A stretch of DNA of 64,000 bases, taken from the NCBI GenBank assembly GCA_043228905.1, contig JBHGNT010000012.1, positions 13,020,001 through 13,084,000 on the forward strand, written 5' to 3'. Numbering within the stretch: position 1 is the first letter of the stretch; the number at the start of each line of letters is the position of its first letter. The notes beneath the pieces are model-generated. The model was not told the DNA's origin. It was given only the letters and a program-made list of their open reading frames with translations, and made no database searches. Source of the DNA: Azolla caroliniana (lineage: Eukaryota > Plantae > Polypodiophyta). Of this stretch, positions 26,198 to 37,829 are shown piece after piece. Position numbers and translations under genes: made by a program.

Positions 26198-26653
26198 TGT
26201 TACCCGGACCCGGACAGTCAGTTTTACCGAACAAGTGGGAAAGCGTCGAAAACGGAGTCGGTTCGGATCAACTGTTCGGATCGACGACTCAGCAGTGAAC
26301 GAAGAGAACTAAGTTAGTTAGATAATTTTGTAATTCTTGATAGTAAGTAGGAATAGTTCTTGATGAGAAAAGACCTTCGGTATACCTATAAAAGGGAACC
26401 GAAGGCATTGTAAGAAAGGTCGTTTATTTAGTAATATAAGTTTAAGTTAGGAATATCATGTACGGATTCTGTGTTCTTTCTATTGTCTATTTTGTTAAGT
26501 GCAATCTTCCTAATTTATAACTAAGTAACGATCACGGTAATTACCGATTAATATAGTATATTTCTGTTCGTAAAACACAATTCCTTGTTAGAACGTTGAG
26601 TAGCAACGTTCACTCTTCTGTATCGGTAGTAGTTAGTAATTAGCCGATTAACA
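26198..26653 (+). repeat. Element E 5' LTR
   Basis: TGTTA...TAACA; direct repeat of 35179-35634. Confidence 0.96.
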
Positions 26654-26712
26654 CAGAAGAAATTTGGCACGCCCGGTTACATCTGCAATTAAGCAGAGAA
26701 CAAATCGAATGG

Positions 26713-29700
26713 ATGTCGTCTGAAGAGGAGACACCGGTCGGTTGTAAGCGCCCTCGTACACGGTCAGTTACGAAGGCAGTGCAGGAAGCGTTCATTGTGC
26801 AAGAACAACCGGAATCAAGCACAAAGTGGTCGAAACTTCCTGACTTATCCGATCAATTACCTTCAGACGAAAAATAGACGGAAGAGGTATCGTTTTACGA
26901 CATTTGGGACGATATGCCTTATACTTATTCTAAGTTCCGAGAAGGAACAGATGCGGAAGCACATGTTAGGGATTTCTTAACGACATGGGAGATTAACCAT
27001 GGAGCTCAGCGATTGTCGGCAGATGCCAAAGATAAGTCAAAAATCGTTGAGTTCGTCTTATCATTAGACGGATATTCCGCCAATTGGTTTGCGCAGAACG
27101 GTCTTCAAGGATTTCCATCCTTTGAAGTGTTAACTAGTAAATTTTTACAATTATTTCATCGACAAATTCCGCAGAAGGATTTGATTGCGCAATTTTATGC
27201 ATTATATCAAGAAAAAAATGAAACAGTATCTCAGTTTGTGATACGATTTCAAAACTTACAGCTTCAGATTTCAAGGCCGATTCCGGATAATGAATTAAAA
27301 GAAGTCTTTCTAGAAGTTGTAAAAGAACCATTAAGGACGACATTGAAAGTGTTCGATTTTTGAAATCAGACTATCGAACAAGTAATTGATAAAGCAATAG
27401 AAATGGGTCGACCGCCGGTCAATGTTCAGAGTATGGACATGTCGGCATTACAACGTACATTACCAACAATGGAGGAGTTACAATTTCATCAAGCAGTTCA
27501 ATGCACCACTTGTTTAAATACGGGGCATTCGGCAATTGAATGTACGTTAAGAACACATTGTACAATATGTCATTCAAAATTACATTCAGTAGAACAATGT
27601 GAATATAATCTGCTTAATAAAACTACGGCGTCAGTACGACAAATTTTTACTGACAATGGTTACCAAAATAACACTAATCTGTTCAATGGTTATCAAAATA
27701 ATAATTTTTCACAAAATCAGCAAAATGTACAACAAAATCCAACTTTTCAACAAAATCCGGTTATACAACCAAATCAGATCTTTTCACAACAAAATATGCA
27801 ACCCACTCAAGTGACTCAAGCATTTCAACCAGGTTTTGCTCAATCCAACCCACCATTCGTACAGAATCCGAATCAATATTTTCAACAAAATAATCAAAGT
27901 TTCCAACAAGGTAACCCACCATTTCAAGGGTTTCAACAGAACTGTCCGAATGTGCAACCGAATTCTGCATTTCAACCGAATTCTGCATTTCAACCGAATC
28001 CGGCATTTCAACCGGGTAATATGACCTTTCAACATAATACTCAAACCTTTCCACAAAATAATCAAATGTTTCAACAGAATAATTTTCCGCCAAATCAGGA
28101 GTTCGGGATAACACAAAATGTAGCACAACCAAATGATAATACCGAACAATTTAGGCAGAATCGGTATAAAAATAAGAAATTTTACAAACCAAAAGCTACA
28201 CGTCAATTCCAACAAAACCCGAGTGGTAATGAAGAGCAGCAATTTAATAACGGCCAATTTGCACATGGAGAGACCGGTGGAACATTTGTACCCACTTGTT
28301 ATATTTGTCGACAACTAGGCCATTATGCTAATCAATGTCCGGCTAAAGGAAAGGGTCCAGCAGTTAATATGGTAATACCGGAAGTTCAGCAAGTAACGAC
28401 ATGCAGCAAAAGCAAACAATCAGAATGGGAAATTCAGGAAGCAGTTTGGAAGGCGGCAAAAGAATGGGTTGACGAAGCAAATCAAAGTAATGTGAATCGA
28501 ATGTTACAAGACAATAACATTGACCAGAACATCACTGTACAACAGTCATTGGGGAATAAGGAATAGGAAGAAACTTGGAAACTGTTCGTTGATTGCCAAG
28601 TGTCATTGCCACCTACGGGCTTACTTAAGTTAGTACCAAGGTTTACAGAAAAAGTGGCAGCATTAATTGCATATAAAGGTTCCGAACAAATAGCAGTACA
28701 CTACAATCAGCCAAGTAATAACCCTTCGATCATGGATGAACAGAATCCGTCGATTAAGGTAATACTTTACGGGCAAGAAATCGGAAATGTGATTATAGAT
28801 GGAGGCTCGGGAGTTAATGTGATTAACAAAGCTACATGTGAAAAACTAGGAATCACGGAATGGGAAGCATGTCCGTTTTGGTTACGAATGGCAGATACAA
28901 GTACGGTACGACCGATTGGTTTGCTTCGACAACTGGATGTAATAATCAGGGGACACAATTTTCAGATTTCGGCAGTAATTTTGCAGTTAGAAGCACAGGG
29001 AGCATACCCCTTGTTATTGGGGAGACCATGGTTAAAGACAGCTAATATCAAACAAAATTGGAAACAAAATGTGCTAACATTTAGGAAAGGAAAAACTAAG
29101 GTCAGGATTCCGACGCACAACAAAGTGACAACAAGCAAACAGAGTTTACCTGTACATGCAGAAGCAGTTAATATGATGGAAGGATTGGACAAGGAAGAAG
29201 AAAGTCAGTATTTTAATGATAATCAGAAAATCATCCCTCTATTTGAGGTAGATATTTTGCAAGCATTAACACCATATGTAGACTCACACGAAGAAGTGCC
29301 AATAGATGAGCAAACAATGAAAGAAATACGAATGCAACAAGAAGCTACAGATAAGGAAATGAAGGTATCTCAGAGAGTGCAAGCCTCAGCATTAGAGGAG
29401 ATCGATTTGGCAGGAGTAGAGGATGGTGAAAGAAAAACAGTCTTGATTGCTAGAGATTTGGCGGAAAATGACAAACGGACATTAACAACATTACTATTAC
29501 AATATAAAGATGTTTTTGCATGGTCGTTTGACGATATGAAAGGTTTGGATCCCGCTTTTTGTCAACATCAAATCAATTTGCATAAAGATGCAAAGCCAGT
29601 ACAACAACGCAGGTACAGGTTGAATCCGAATTATGCTATCAAAGTAAAAGAAGAAATCGATAAACTCTTAAAAGTAGGATTTATTCGACCCGTCAAAAAA

Positions 29701-32241
29701 TCAACATGGCTGAGTCCGATAGTAGTAGTTCCGAAAAAGAATGGGAAAATTCGCGTATGTGTGGATTACAGAAAATTGAATGCAGCGACAATTACGGATG
29801 CGTTTCTGTTACCATTCACAGATGGGATATTAGATGCAGTAGCTGGACATGAAATTTATAGTTTCTTGGATGGGTTCAGTGGGTACAACCAAGTATGGAT
29901 GAATCCGGAAGATCAGGAAAAGACAACTTTTGTCACAGAATGGGGTGTCTTTGTGGCAGTAGTAATGATGTTCGGTTTAAAAACAGCTCCAGCTACATTT
30001 CAGCGGGTAATACAGGAAATATTCGGGGAATATATTCCAGCTTTCATGCAGGTGTTTTTAGATGATTTTGCGGTATATAGTCGGAAAGCTGATCATTTTG
30101 AGCATTTACGGCTATGTTTAGAAAAATGTCGAAAAGGGCGTCTTAGCTTAAATCCAGCCAAATGCGCATTCGGAGTAATGAGTGGTACGTTACTTGGGCA
30201 TATTGTCAGTCAAGAAGGGATTGCAGTGGACCCAGACAAAGTTAAAGCAATTATTGAGGCAACACCACCAACAAATGCTAAAGCTCTAAGTAGATTTTTG
30301 GGTCAAATTCGGTGGCACAGTAGAATGATTAGATATCTAGCAGACATTGTTATTCCGTTACACACAACAATACACAGAGTTCCTTTTATATGGACAAGTA
30401 TAGAACAAGATGCATACGAATGTCTCAAGAAGATGCTGACAAAGGTTCCGGTAGTCCAACCACCGGACTGGAACAAACCATTTCATGTTTTCGTCGATGC
30501 GTCGGACATTGCCATAGGCAGTGCTTTAATGCAATTATCCGAACCAAACTGGTATAGGCCGGTATACTATGCCAGTAGGAAACTTTCGTCGGCCGAAAGG
30601 AACTATTCAACAACCGAAAGAGAAGCTTTGGGAATGATATATAGTGTGAACAAATTTCGACATTACCTTTTGGGTAAGAAATTTACATTTCATGTGGATC
30701 ATTCGGCTCTACTGTATCTAGTTTCCAGACAAGAATTGACAGACAAGTTAGCCAGATGGGCGTTATTGCTTCAAGAGTTTGAATTCGACATTATACATCG
30801 ACCAGGAGCACAGCACGCGATTGCTGACTATCTCAGTCGGCTTGAATCTGGAGAAGAAGCGGTTGGTGTTAAAGATGATTTTCCAGATACTCAATTATTT
30901 CGGGTTGAGGCAGTAAAAGCACAAGAAATGAATGAGGAAAAAGAGGATGAACGGATTTCCGAAATGACGATATTTCTATCAATAGGAATTCCGGCCGAAC
31001 ACATGTCGACAGATGAAAGAAAAAGAATTGCAGTACGAAGTCGAAATTTTTGTTTATTTAATGACATGTTGTATCATAAAGGAGCGGATGGAATATGGCG
31101 AAGGGCAGTACGGAAATTTGAAAAATTAGCCATATTAACAGAGTGACATTGTGGAATTGCTGGCGGTCATTATGCAGGACAAGCAACAGCTAGAAAAATA
31201 TGGAATAGCGGGTTATGGTGGCCAACGGTGATGAAAGATGCTAACGAATACTGTAGGAAATGCGATTTGTGTCAAAGAATGGGGCAACCGACCGAAAAGG
31301 ATCGAATGCCTTTTCAACCGGTTTTACCTCTTGAGCCATTTCAGAAATGGGGCTTAGATTTTGTTGGCCCATTCAAACCAGCAGCTGCAAGAACCGGTAA
31401 TCGATATATCATAATTGCGACTGACTATTGCACAAAATGGGTTGAAGCAAAAGCTCTCAGAGACAATACAGCAGCATCCACAACAAAATTCCTTTATGAA
31501 AATATATGGTGTCGATTCGGTTGCCCAATAGAATTGGTAAGCGATCAAGGCACTCATTTTATTAACAAGTTAATTCACGAATTAACCAATTATTATGCCG
31601 TAATTCATAAGAAAAGTACGCCTTACTATCCCCAAGCTAATGGATTGGCAGAACCGACAAATAAAACAATTCAAACAATTTTAAAGAAGATAGTGAATGA
31701 AAATCGTACTGATTGGGATCAAAAGTTAAATAGTGCATTATGGGCATATCGTACTTCGTACAAAACATCCATTAAATCAACACCTTTCCGAATGGCATTC
31801 GGACTTGAAGCTGTTATGCCGATTGAATTTCAAATTCCGACACTTCGTATCCAAGCGACGAATAAGTTAAATGAAATAGAATCGGAGCAGATACGCAAAG
31901 AGGCTTTATTAGTATTAGAAGAAGAACGGATTCAATCAATGTCAGCACTAGAACACAAGCAGAGACAAATCAAGGCATTCGTAAATCGACATCGAAGGAA
32001 ATCGGAAGAGCAATTCGAAATTGGGAAACCGGTATTGGTATTCCAGACGAAAATGGGACTTATGCCTGGGAAACTCCGGTATAGATGGACAGGTCCAGTA
32101 TGGATAATTAATAGTAAAAATGGTACGTATCAGCTGGGATCATTAACCGGAGAGGTTTTACCGAAATGGGTAAATGGATTCCGGCTTAAACCGTATTTGG
32201 GAGATATGCCGGTAAACCCGTTTATTCAAACAGAAGAATAA
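26713..32241 (+). pseudogene. Single-frame gag-pol with 4 premature stops
   Basis: ORFs at 26914, 27403, 28600 and 31228 share one frame; zinc knuckles, IIDGGSGVN protease, FLDD RT, FVDASD RNase H, WGLDF/SDQG integrase; no chromodomain. Confidence 0.93.
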
Positions 32242-32665
32242 AAAAAAAATAATAATAATAAATAAATAAATAAATAAATAAATAAACTAACTCACTCAAT
32301 AGTTCTTGTCAATGCAGAAATAGAATCTTGCCATAACAGTCTGAATCGACTATAAATAGGAAGAGGAATTGCATGATTATTAGTAAGTGGTACAACCACT
32401 ACACGTAGAGTTAATACTAATTAATTCCTACATTAATAGCAATTACTATTCTTTAGTCATAATGCATAAGTTAATATCTTTAAAGCATATTTCTGTATCT
32501 TCTGTGTCACCAAAGCAACAGAAACGAGTGCAGATCTCGAAACATTCTGAGCCTTCGTGCCCTAGCTCGCCCAAACTCTATTTTTCTGATTTTCATCGCT
32601 ACAGAAGCTGTGCAGATCTCCAACCGTCATCGACAAGTGATTCAAAACAAGCAAACACAGAAGTC

Positions 32666-35134
32666 ATGCCGATTCCTGTGTCTGAAGAACTGCGACTGTG
32701 GCTTCATGAGAGAAACTTACAAGGTTTCATCAAAGTAGCAGAAGCGGAACCTCATCCGCAGGCGGAAGAATTGGTACAACAATTAGACATCACCAAGGTC
32801 ACCACAAAGAAAATACGAAATGCATTACAGATGCCAAGAGGAGGCTTTGATGCAGTTAAAAATCCTTCATCAGAAGCACTCCAATCGTATTTCGGAGAAT
32901 ACTCACCCTCGGCAAAAGCATATCAGACTTATGGAGGTCGGGATGAGTTTTTCCATGAAGTGGCTAGATTTTTACTAGAGGTGGGATTTGTCAGTCCCCG
33001 TTTTTATTGTATGCCAAAAAAAAGGGCTGGGTTTATCATAGCCGCATACGAAAAAGTGGATTTCAACTGGCCACTATTGTCGGGGGAAGCTCTGAGAGAG
33101 CAGCTACAAGGGGTAAAAACAGGAAAACCAATGAAGCAAATTTTTGGTCGTTGGCTATCGGTATTGTTTCCGATTCAAGAATCGGAAACTCCTGTTCAGT
33201 CAAGAAGACCACCGATAGTACGAGCACCTCGAAGACACCGACAGGTAGCACATGAAGAATGGATAGAGGAAGAATCGGCACATGCCGATAATATACAAAC
33301 GGAAATGCCTCAGTCGGAACCACCAAGACCAGAGAATTCCGAAAACAGGCAACCAGCAGCCGAACAAGAAACAGTTGACCATTTGATAAACAAGCAGCAG
33401 CCGACAGAAAATCGACAACAAGCAGAGAAGATGCGACAAAGGACAAGGGTTAAACAAAAGGCTAATCGGCAATTCCAACCAGAAAACAGTGATGAGTCAG
33501 CACCGAAAAGGCAACGCACAAAGGAAAATTCGAATACGCCTGTAGTAACAGAAGTAATAAAACCAGGGAATGAGAGCGTTTCGACACAACTTCAACAAGG
33601 ACAATCTTCAAAAGTAGCAATTCGGGAAGCACATGGGTGCTTGGATATTCCACCAGCAGCACATGAATTAGCTGCCATTTTACAGTTCGGAACTTCATAT
33701 GAACTGGTTGAATGGTTGGCTAGAAGATTGACAGAAGTATCAGAACGGCTGGCTCAAGAACATCATGACCGAATAATGATACAGAAGTCCTTACGAGGAG
33801 TGTTGGAACCTCAAGAAAAAGCAGAGATAGAGAAAATCGGCCGGAAAAGAAATACACAGAATAGAGGGGAGGCTATTGAAATGCCACCATTACATGAAGC
33901 ACTGGTCGAAATTCATAGAGAATATGAAAAGGCACGCAAAGCAGCCAGTGATATGGCTGAAAGATACAAAAGTGTATCAGCATCGGCGGAGGTGCTGAAA
34001 CGTCAGTTTTGTAACATACAGACAGAAAATAAAGAACTAAAAGAAAGTCTAAACAAATGGGAAACACAGGCACGACCTATGGCGTTGGAGTCAGAATGGC
34101 AGCAGAAATTGGAGGACGCTGAGAAAGCACGTCAAGCAGAAATAACAAGGGCCAACAATGTTGTATTTCGAACTACAGAATTAGAAAAACAAATAGAAAC
34201 CATTTAGAATGGCCAATACAAAGTTCTCGAAGAAAAAAATCAATTAATAAACGAATTACAGAAAAATCTGGAAGAAGCTAAGACGGCCAATCATACATAT
34301 ACCGAACAAATTGAGGAATTCGAAAGGTATATAGTGTCACAGGAAAGTCAATTGACAGAAAAAGAGCGGAGTCTTGAAGAAGTCAACAGAAGAATTACGG
34401 AACAGCAGGAGGAATGGAGCAAAGAGAAATCGGCATTCGAACAACAACTGAACGAAATCCGGAAGATATCGGAACAAAGGCGGCTGGACATATATGTAGT
34501 CGAATCCAAACTAATGCAGGCTGAAAGTGAAAACCGAGCCACCATTACGGATTTACGGAAAGAGTTGCAAGCCGCTCAATTCGACGCAAGCATCACTAAG
34601 GACAAAGTGCAGCACATCATAGGGAAACATCGAAACCTAGCAAAGAAAATGATCGACGAATCCCTTGCGCAAGGATGGAAGTTATGGACGGCACAAGCGG
34701 CGGAATTACAGTTATTGCGCGCCGACAAAAATAACCGTCAGGTCCAAGGTGCAGGTTTTTTTAAAATGGCACAAAAGGATATTGACAATATCCAAGAGGA
34801 TATCATGAAAGATATGGACGAAATTGCGGCATTTTACAGAGAAGAAATTCAACGTATTATGCAAGAATTCGACAAAAATGATATAGGCACTTCCGTCCAG
34901 TTGGATAAAATCGAAGCCGAAAGAACCAGCAAGACTCCTGGTCTTCAAGCTCCCGAAAGAAGTGAACCAGAGCAGCCAACCGAATCACAACATTCAAAAC
35001 CTGCTCCGAATGACGACTGTGACACAGATGAAGATGAAGATGAAGAGGAAGATATAGATGGAATACATCCAAGGCCAGAAGAGCCTTCGATTTTTGATAT
35101 TCTGAACGATTCGGATGAAGAGCTACAGGAATAG
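32666..35134 (+). pseudogene. Additional ORF (~820 codons, coiled-coil, acidic tail), one internal stop at 34205
   Basis: ORFs 32387-34207 and 34334-35134 are in the same frame; homologous to 5467-7608; start codon uncertain. Confidence 0.8.
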
Positions 35135-35178
35135 GCGTGGGTTCGCTGGACAAGGTCCTGGCCCACGGACGTGCCAAG

Positions 35179-35634
35179 TGTTCCCCGGACCCGGACAGTC
35201 AGTTTTACCGAACAAGTGGGAAAGCGTCGAAAACGGAGTCGGTTCGGATTGACTGTTCGGATCGATGACTCAGCAGTGAACGAAGAGAACTAAGTTAGTT
35301 AGATAATTTTGTAATTCTTGATAGTAAGTAGGAATAGTTCTTGATGAGAAAAGACCTTCGGTATACCTATAAAAGGGAACCGAAGGCATTGTAAGAAAGG
35401 TCGTTTATTTAGTAATATAAGTTTAAGTTAGGAATATCATGTACGGATTCTATGTTCTTTCTATTGTCTATTTTGTTAAGTGCAATCTTCCTAATTTATA
35501 ACTAAGTAACGATCACGGTAATTACCGATTAATATAGTATATTTCTGTTCATAAAACACAATTCCTTGTTAGAACGTTGAGTAGCGACGTTCACTCTTCT
35601 GTATCGGTAGTAGTTAGTAATTAGCCGATTAACA
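35179..35634 (+). repeat. Element E 3' LTR
   Basis: Direct repeat of 26198-26653. Confidence 0.96.
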
Positions 35635-37064
35635 ATGTGATCATGGGTATGACCAACCAACAAGAAGTTAACCTTTATCTTTTTAAATATGCCCCTCTCT
35701 ACTAGCATGCTTAGATAGCCGAAGACAGTTGAGTTCTTATTCTCTCTTGCTGTGTTGTCTAGTTGTACATATAGAACTGGCGGGAGTATACCTGACCATG
35801 ATTGCAATACCCTGTGCATGACAGTGACAGTAAGATTAGGGTCGTTGTGGATATTGGGATAAGTTAAGAACACTTGCGGTCTTATAGTTTGACAGTATGT
35901 CAAACAACCCACTAGATGCATTTGCACGAGACACTCATCTCCAATATCCTTGGGGAGTCTTTGAAAATGCGGCAAACAAGTTTTCTTTTGATCCATGCCG
36001 TCAATAATCATGCACATATACTTTTCGGGAGATTGAAACGCTTTTTGTCGGTGATGCATAGCCTTAGTACATTCCAATGCCTGACTTTCACGATGTTCTT
36101 TTAACAGGTTCTTGTAATTCTTGATCTCTACATCTGATTTTCCACCCTTGGCCATACTTTTTAAACTCGCACATATTGAGCAGACTCCCATTCGCACCTT
36201 TCGTGGGATAACCACGTTATTAAATTGTAACCTCCATAGTCGATTAAAATGCCTGTACTGTATGTAAGGCTCAACATCGGAAGACATGTCGTCCTTGTAC
36301 GATTGGTAAACTTCCCTTCGAGTAAAGTTATCTGACAAATGAAGTCTTCCTGTCGTTGGCATAACTTCGCACTGTTTTGAAAAATATACCTCCATCCACC
36401 TAATTGCCTGTTGCCCAATTTGACCCTTACATCCAAAACCATTTTGATCGAACTATACCCAGGAGCCCTTCACAAGGCGCTCTTGAACTCGTTGCAGCCG
36501 CATATTTCCAATGCTATGAGTGATTTTAAAAGCTGCTCGACAACACTTGTTATATAGTCCAAGGAAATATTCAACTTGCATTGAATTAGGCCCTGCTTTG
36601 TGATCCAATTTAAGTTGCATATGCACAAGAAGAAATGTATCTTGCTCTTCCCCATTAAGCGACAAGTATTTTTGTCGTGTTTCACGTAACCTTGACTTTC
36701 CATAAGTTGATAGACAGAGATTCGCACAACACGATTTGTTCAAGTCGCATAGAAGTTGACGATCAGAACATAAGAAATTAAATCTCTTTTCACTAACTTG
36801 TCGAGGAACTCTTTTAAATGCTAGAGGTTTAGTAATGCTATTGTTATCTATCGACGAAGAATCGTCCGCTTGTAAGCTTGCATGAAGAGGGCCATCAACA
36901 GGATCAATTGAAAACAGAGAATTCGAAGTACTAGGAGCCAGACTTTTCTGTTTAAGCTGCGAATGTTTTTTGTGGTTGTACTCTTCTATTGAGAAATACG
37001 AGTTATCTGACAATGAAAAGGGGGCAATAGAACAAAGAGATGTTCTACTTGTAGAAGAAGACAT
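35635..37064 (-). pseudogene. Sola1-like (DUF7869-type) DDD transposase, 5' half, one in-frame stop at 36453
   Basis: CC...C and CRAAFKITHSIG N-terminus; CSIC; IIDGMDQ; LYVQLDNTARENKN; FLLVGHTHDHI. Confidence 0.82.
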
Positions 37065-37506
37065 TTGAGGGAGTCTAACTGTATTCTAAAACCTTCTTTT
37101 GAGAAAATTAAGGAATGCTGAAGCCTAACTATATAACTACCCGAACACTTAGATTAACTATATTATTTTCCGAAATTTTCCTAAAAAACAAATAATTAAA
37201 AATTATTTTTTATTTTAAAAAGAATGTTAAAGTCTTCTATATAAGGAGGTTAGAAATTTCATTTTCATTATCACGTGAAAGAATCCATCGAGCTCAGAGC
37301 ACAGGCCAATTTTCGAGCACTCAGAAGCACATCGTGGACAACACTACCTCTGGCACGAACCATGAACAAGGGAAAGAAAATCGTCAGGTTAGTAATATTC
37401 ATTACATTTTTTAAGATTCCTAAAGATTCCTTAAAGATTCCTTTCCTCAACACATAGATATTTTATTTTATTTTGTACAACGAACTTGGAAAGCAATTCT
37501 GAAAGC

Positions 37507-37625
37507 CAGGACCTTCAACCAAAATCCGATGCAGTGCATCGGATTTCGGTTGAAAGGTTCGGATTTTGGTTGAAAGGTCCTGACTTCAACCGAAATCCGA
37601 TGCACTGCATCGGATTTCGGTTGAA
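37507..37625. repeat. Two 41-bp palindromes plus a fifth half-site
   Basis: TTCAACCGAAATCCGATGCA-C-TGCATCGGATTTCGGTTGAA is perfect at 37585-37625; a one-mismatch copy lies at 37514-37554; half-site at 37559-37574. Confidence 0.92.
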
Positions 37626-37829
37626 AAAAATGTTGTTTTTGCGATAAAAAACTATCGCATGGGACCATAAAATTGACGTAATTTAAATGATAATTTACGG
37701 GATTTAGATGAAATTGTACTTTGTTTCTATGTTTTTACCAACGTTTTTAATTTCAGTGAACCCAGACAAAAAGTTCCTTCATTTAGATTGAAGATTCGAT
37801 CTCCGACAAAACGAGATTCTGGCTCCTTC

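Larger units (their letters stand above)
26198..35634 (+). mobile_element. Full-length non-chromovirus gypsy (element E) with an additional ORF
   Basis: 456-bp LTRs with about 7 differences by eye; TSD ATGTG (26193-26197, 35635-35639); PBS TGGCACGCCCGG at 26665. Confidence 0.96.

Noticed and set aside
26713-32241. Programmed stop-codon readthrough in gag-pol
   Set aside because: Four scattered stops, including one in the integrase zinc-finger region, fit mutational decay better.
32387-35134. Envelope gene
   Set aside because: No signal peptide or hydrophobic transmembrane stretch is visible; the protein is charged and coiled-coil-like.
35136-35178. A genuine tRNA gene
   Set aside because: Only a T-arm and acceptor 3' half with an expanded loop; no D or anticodon arm is visible.
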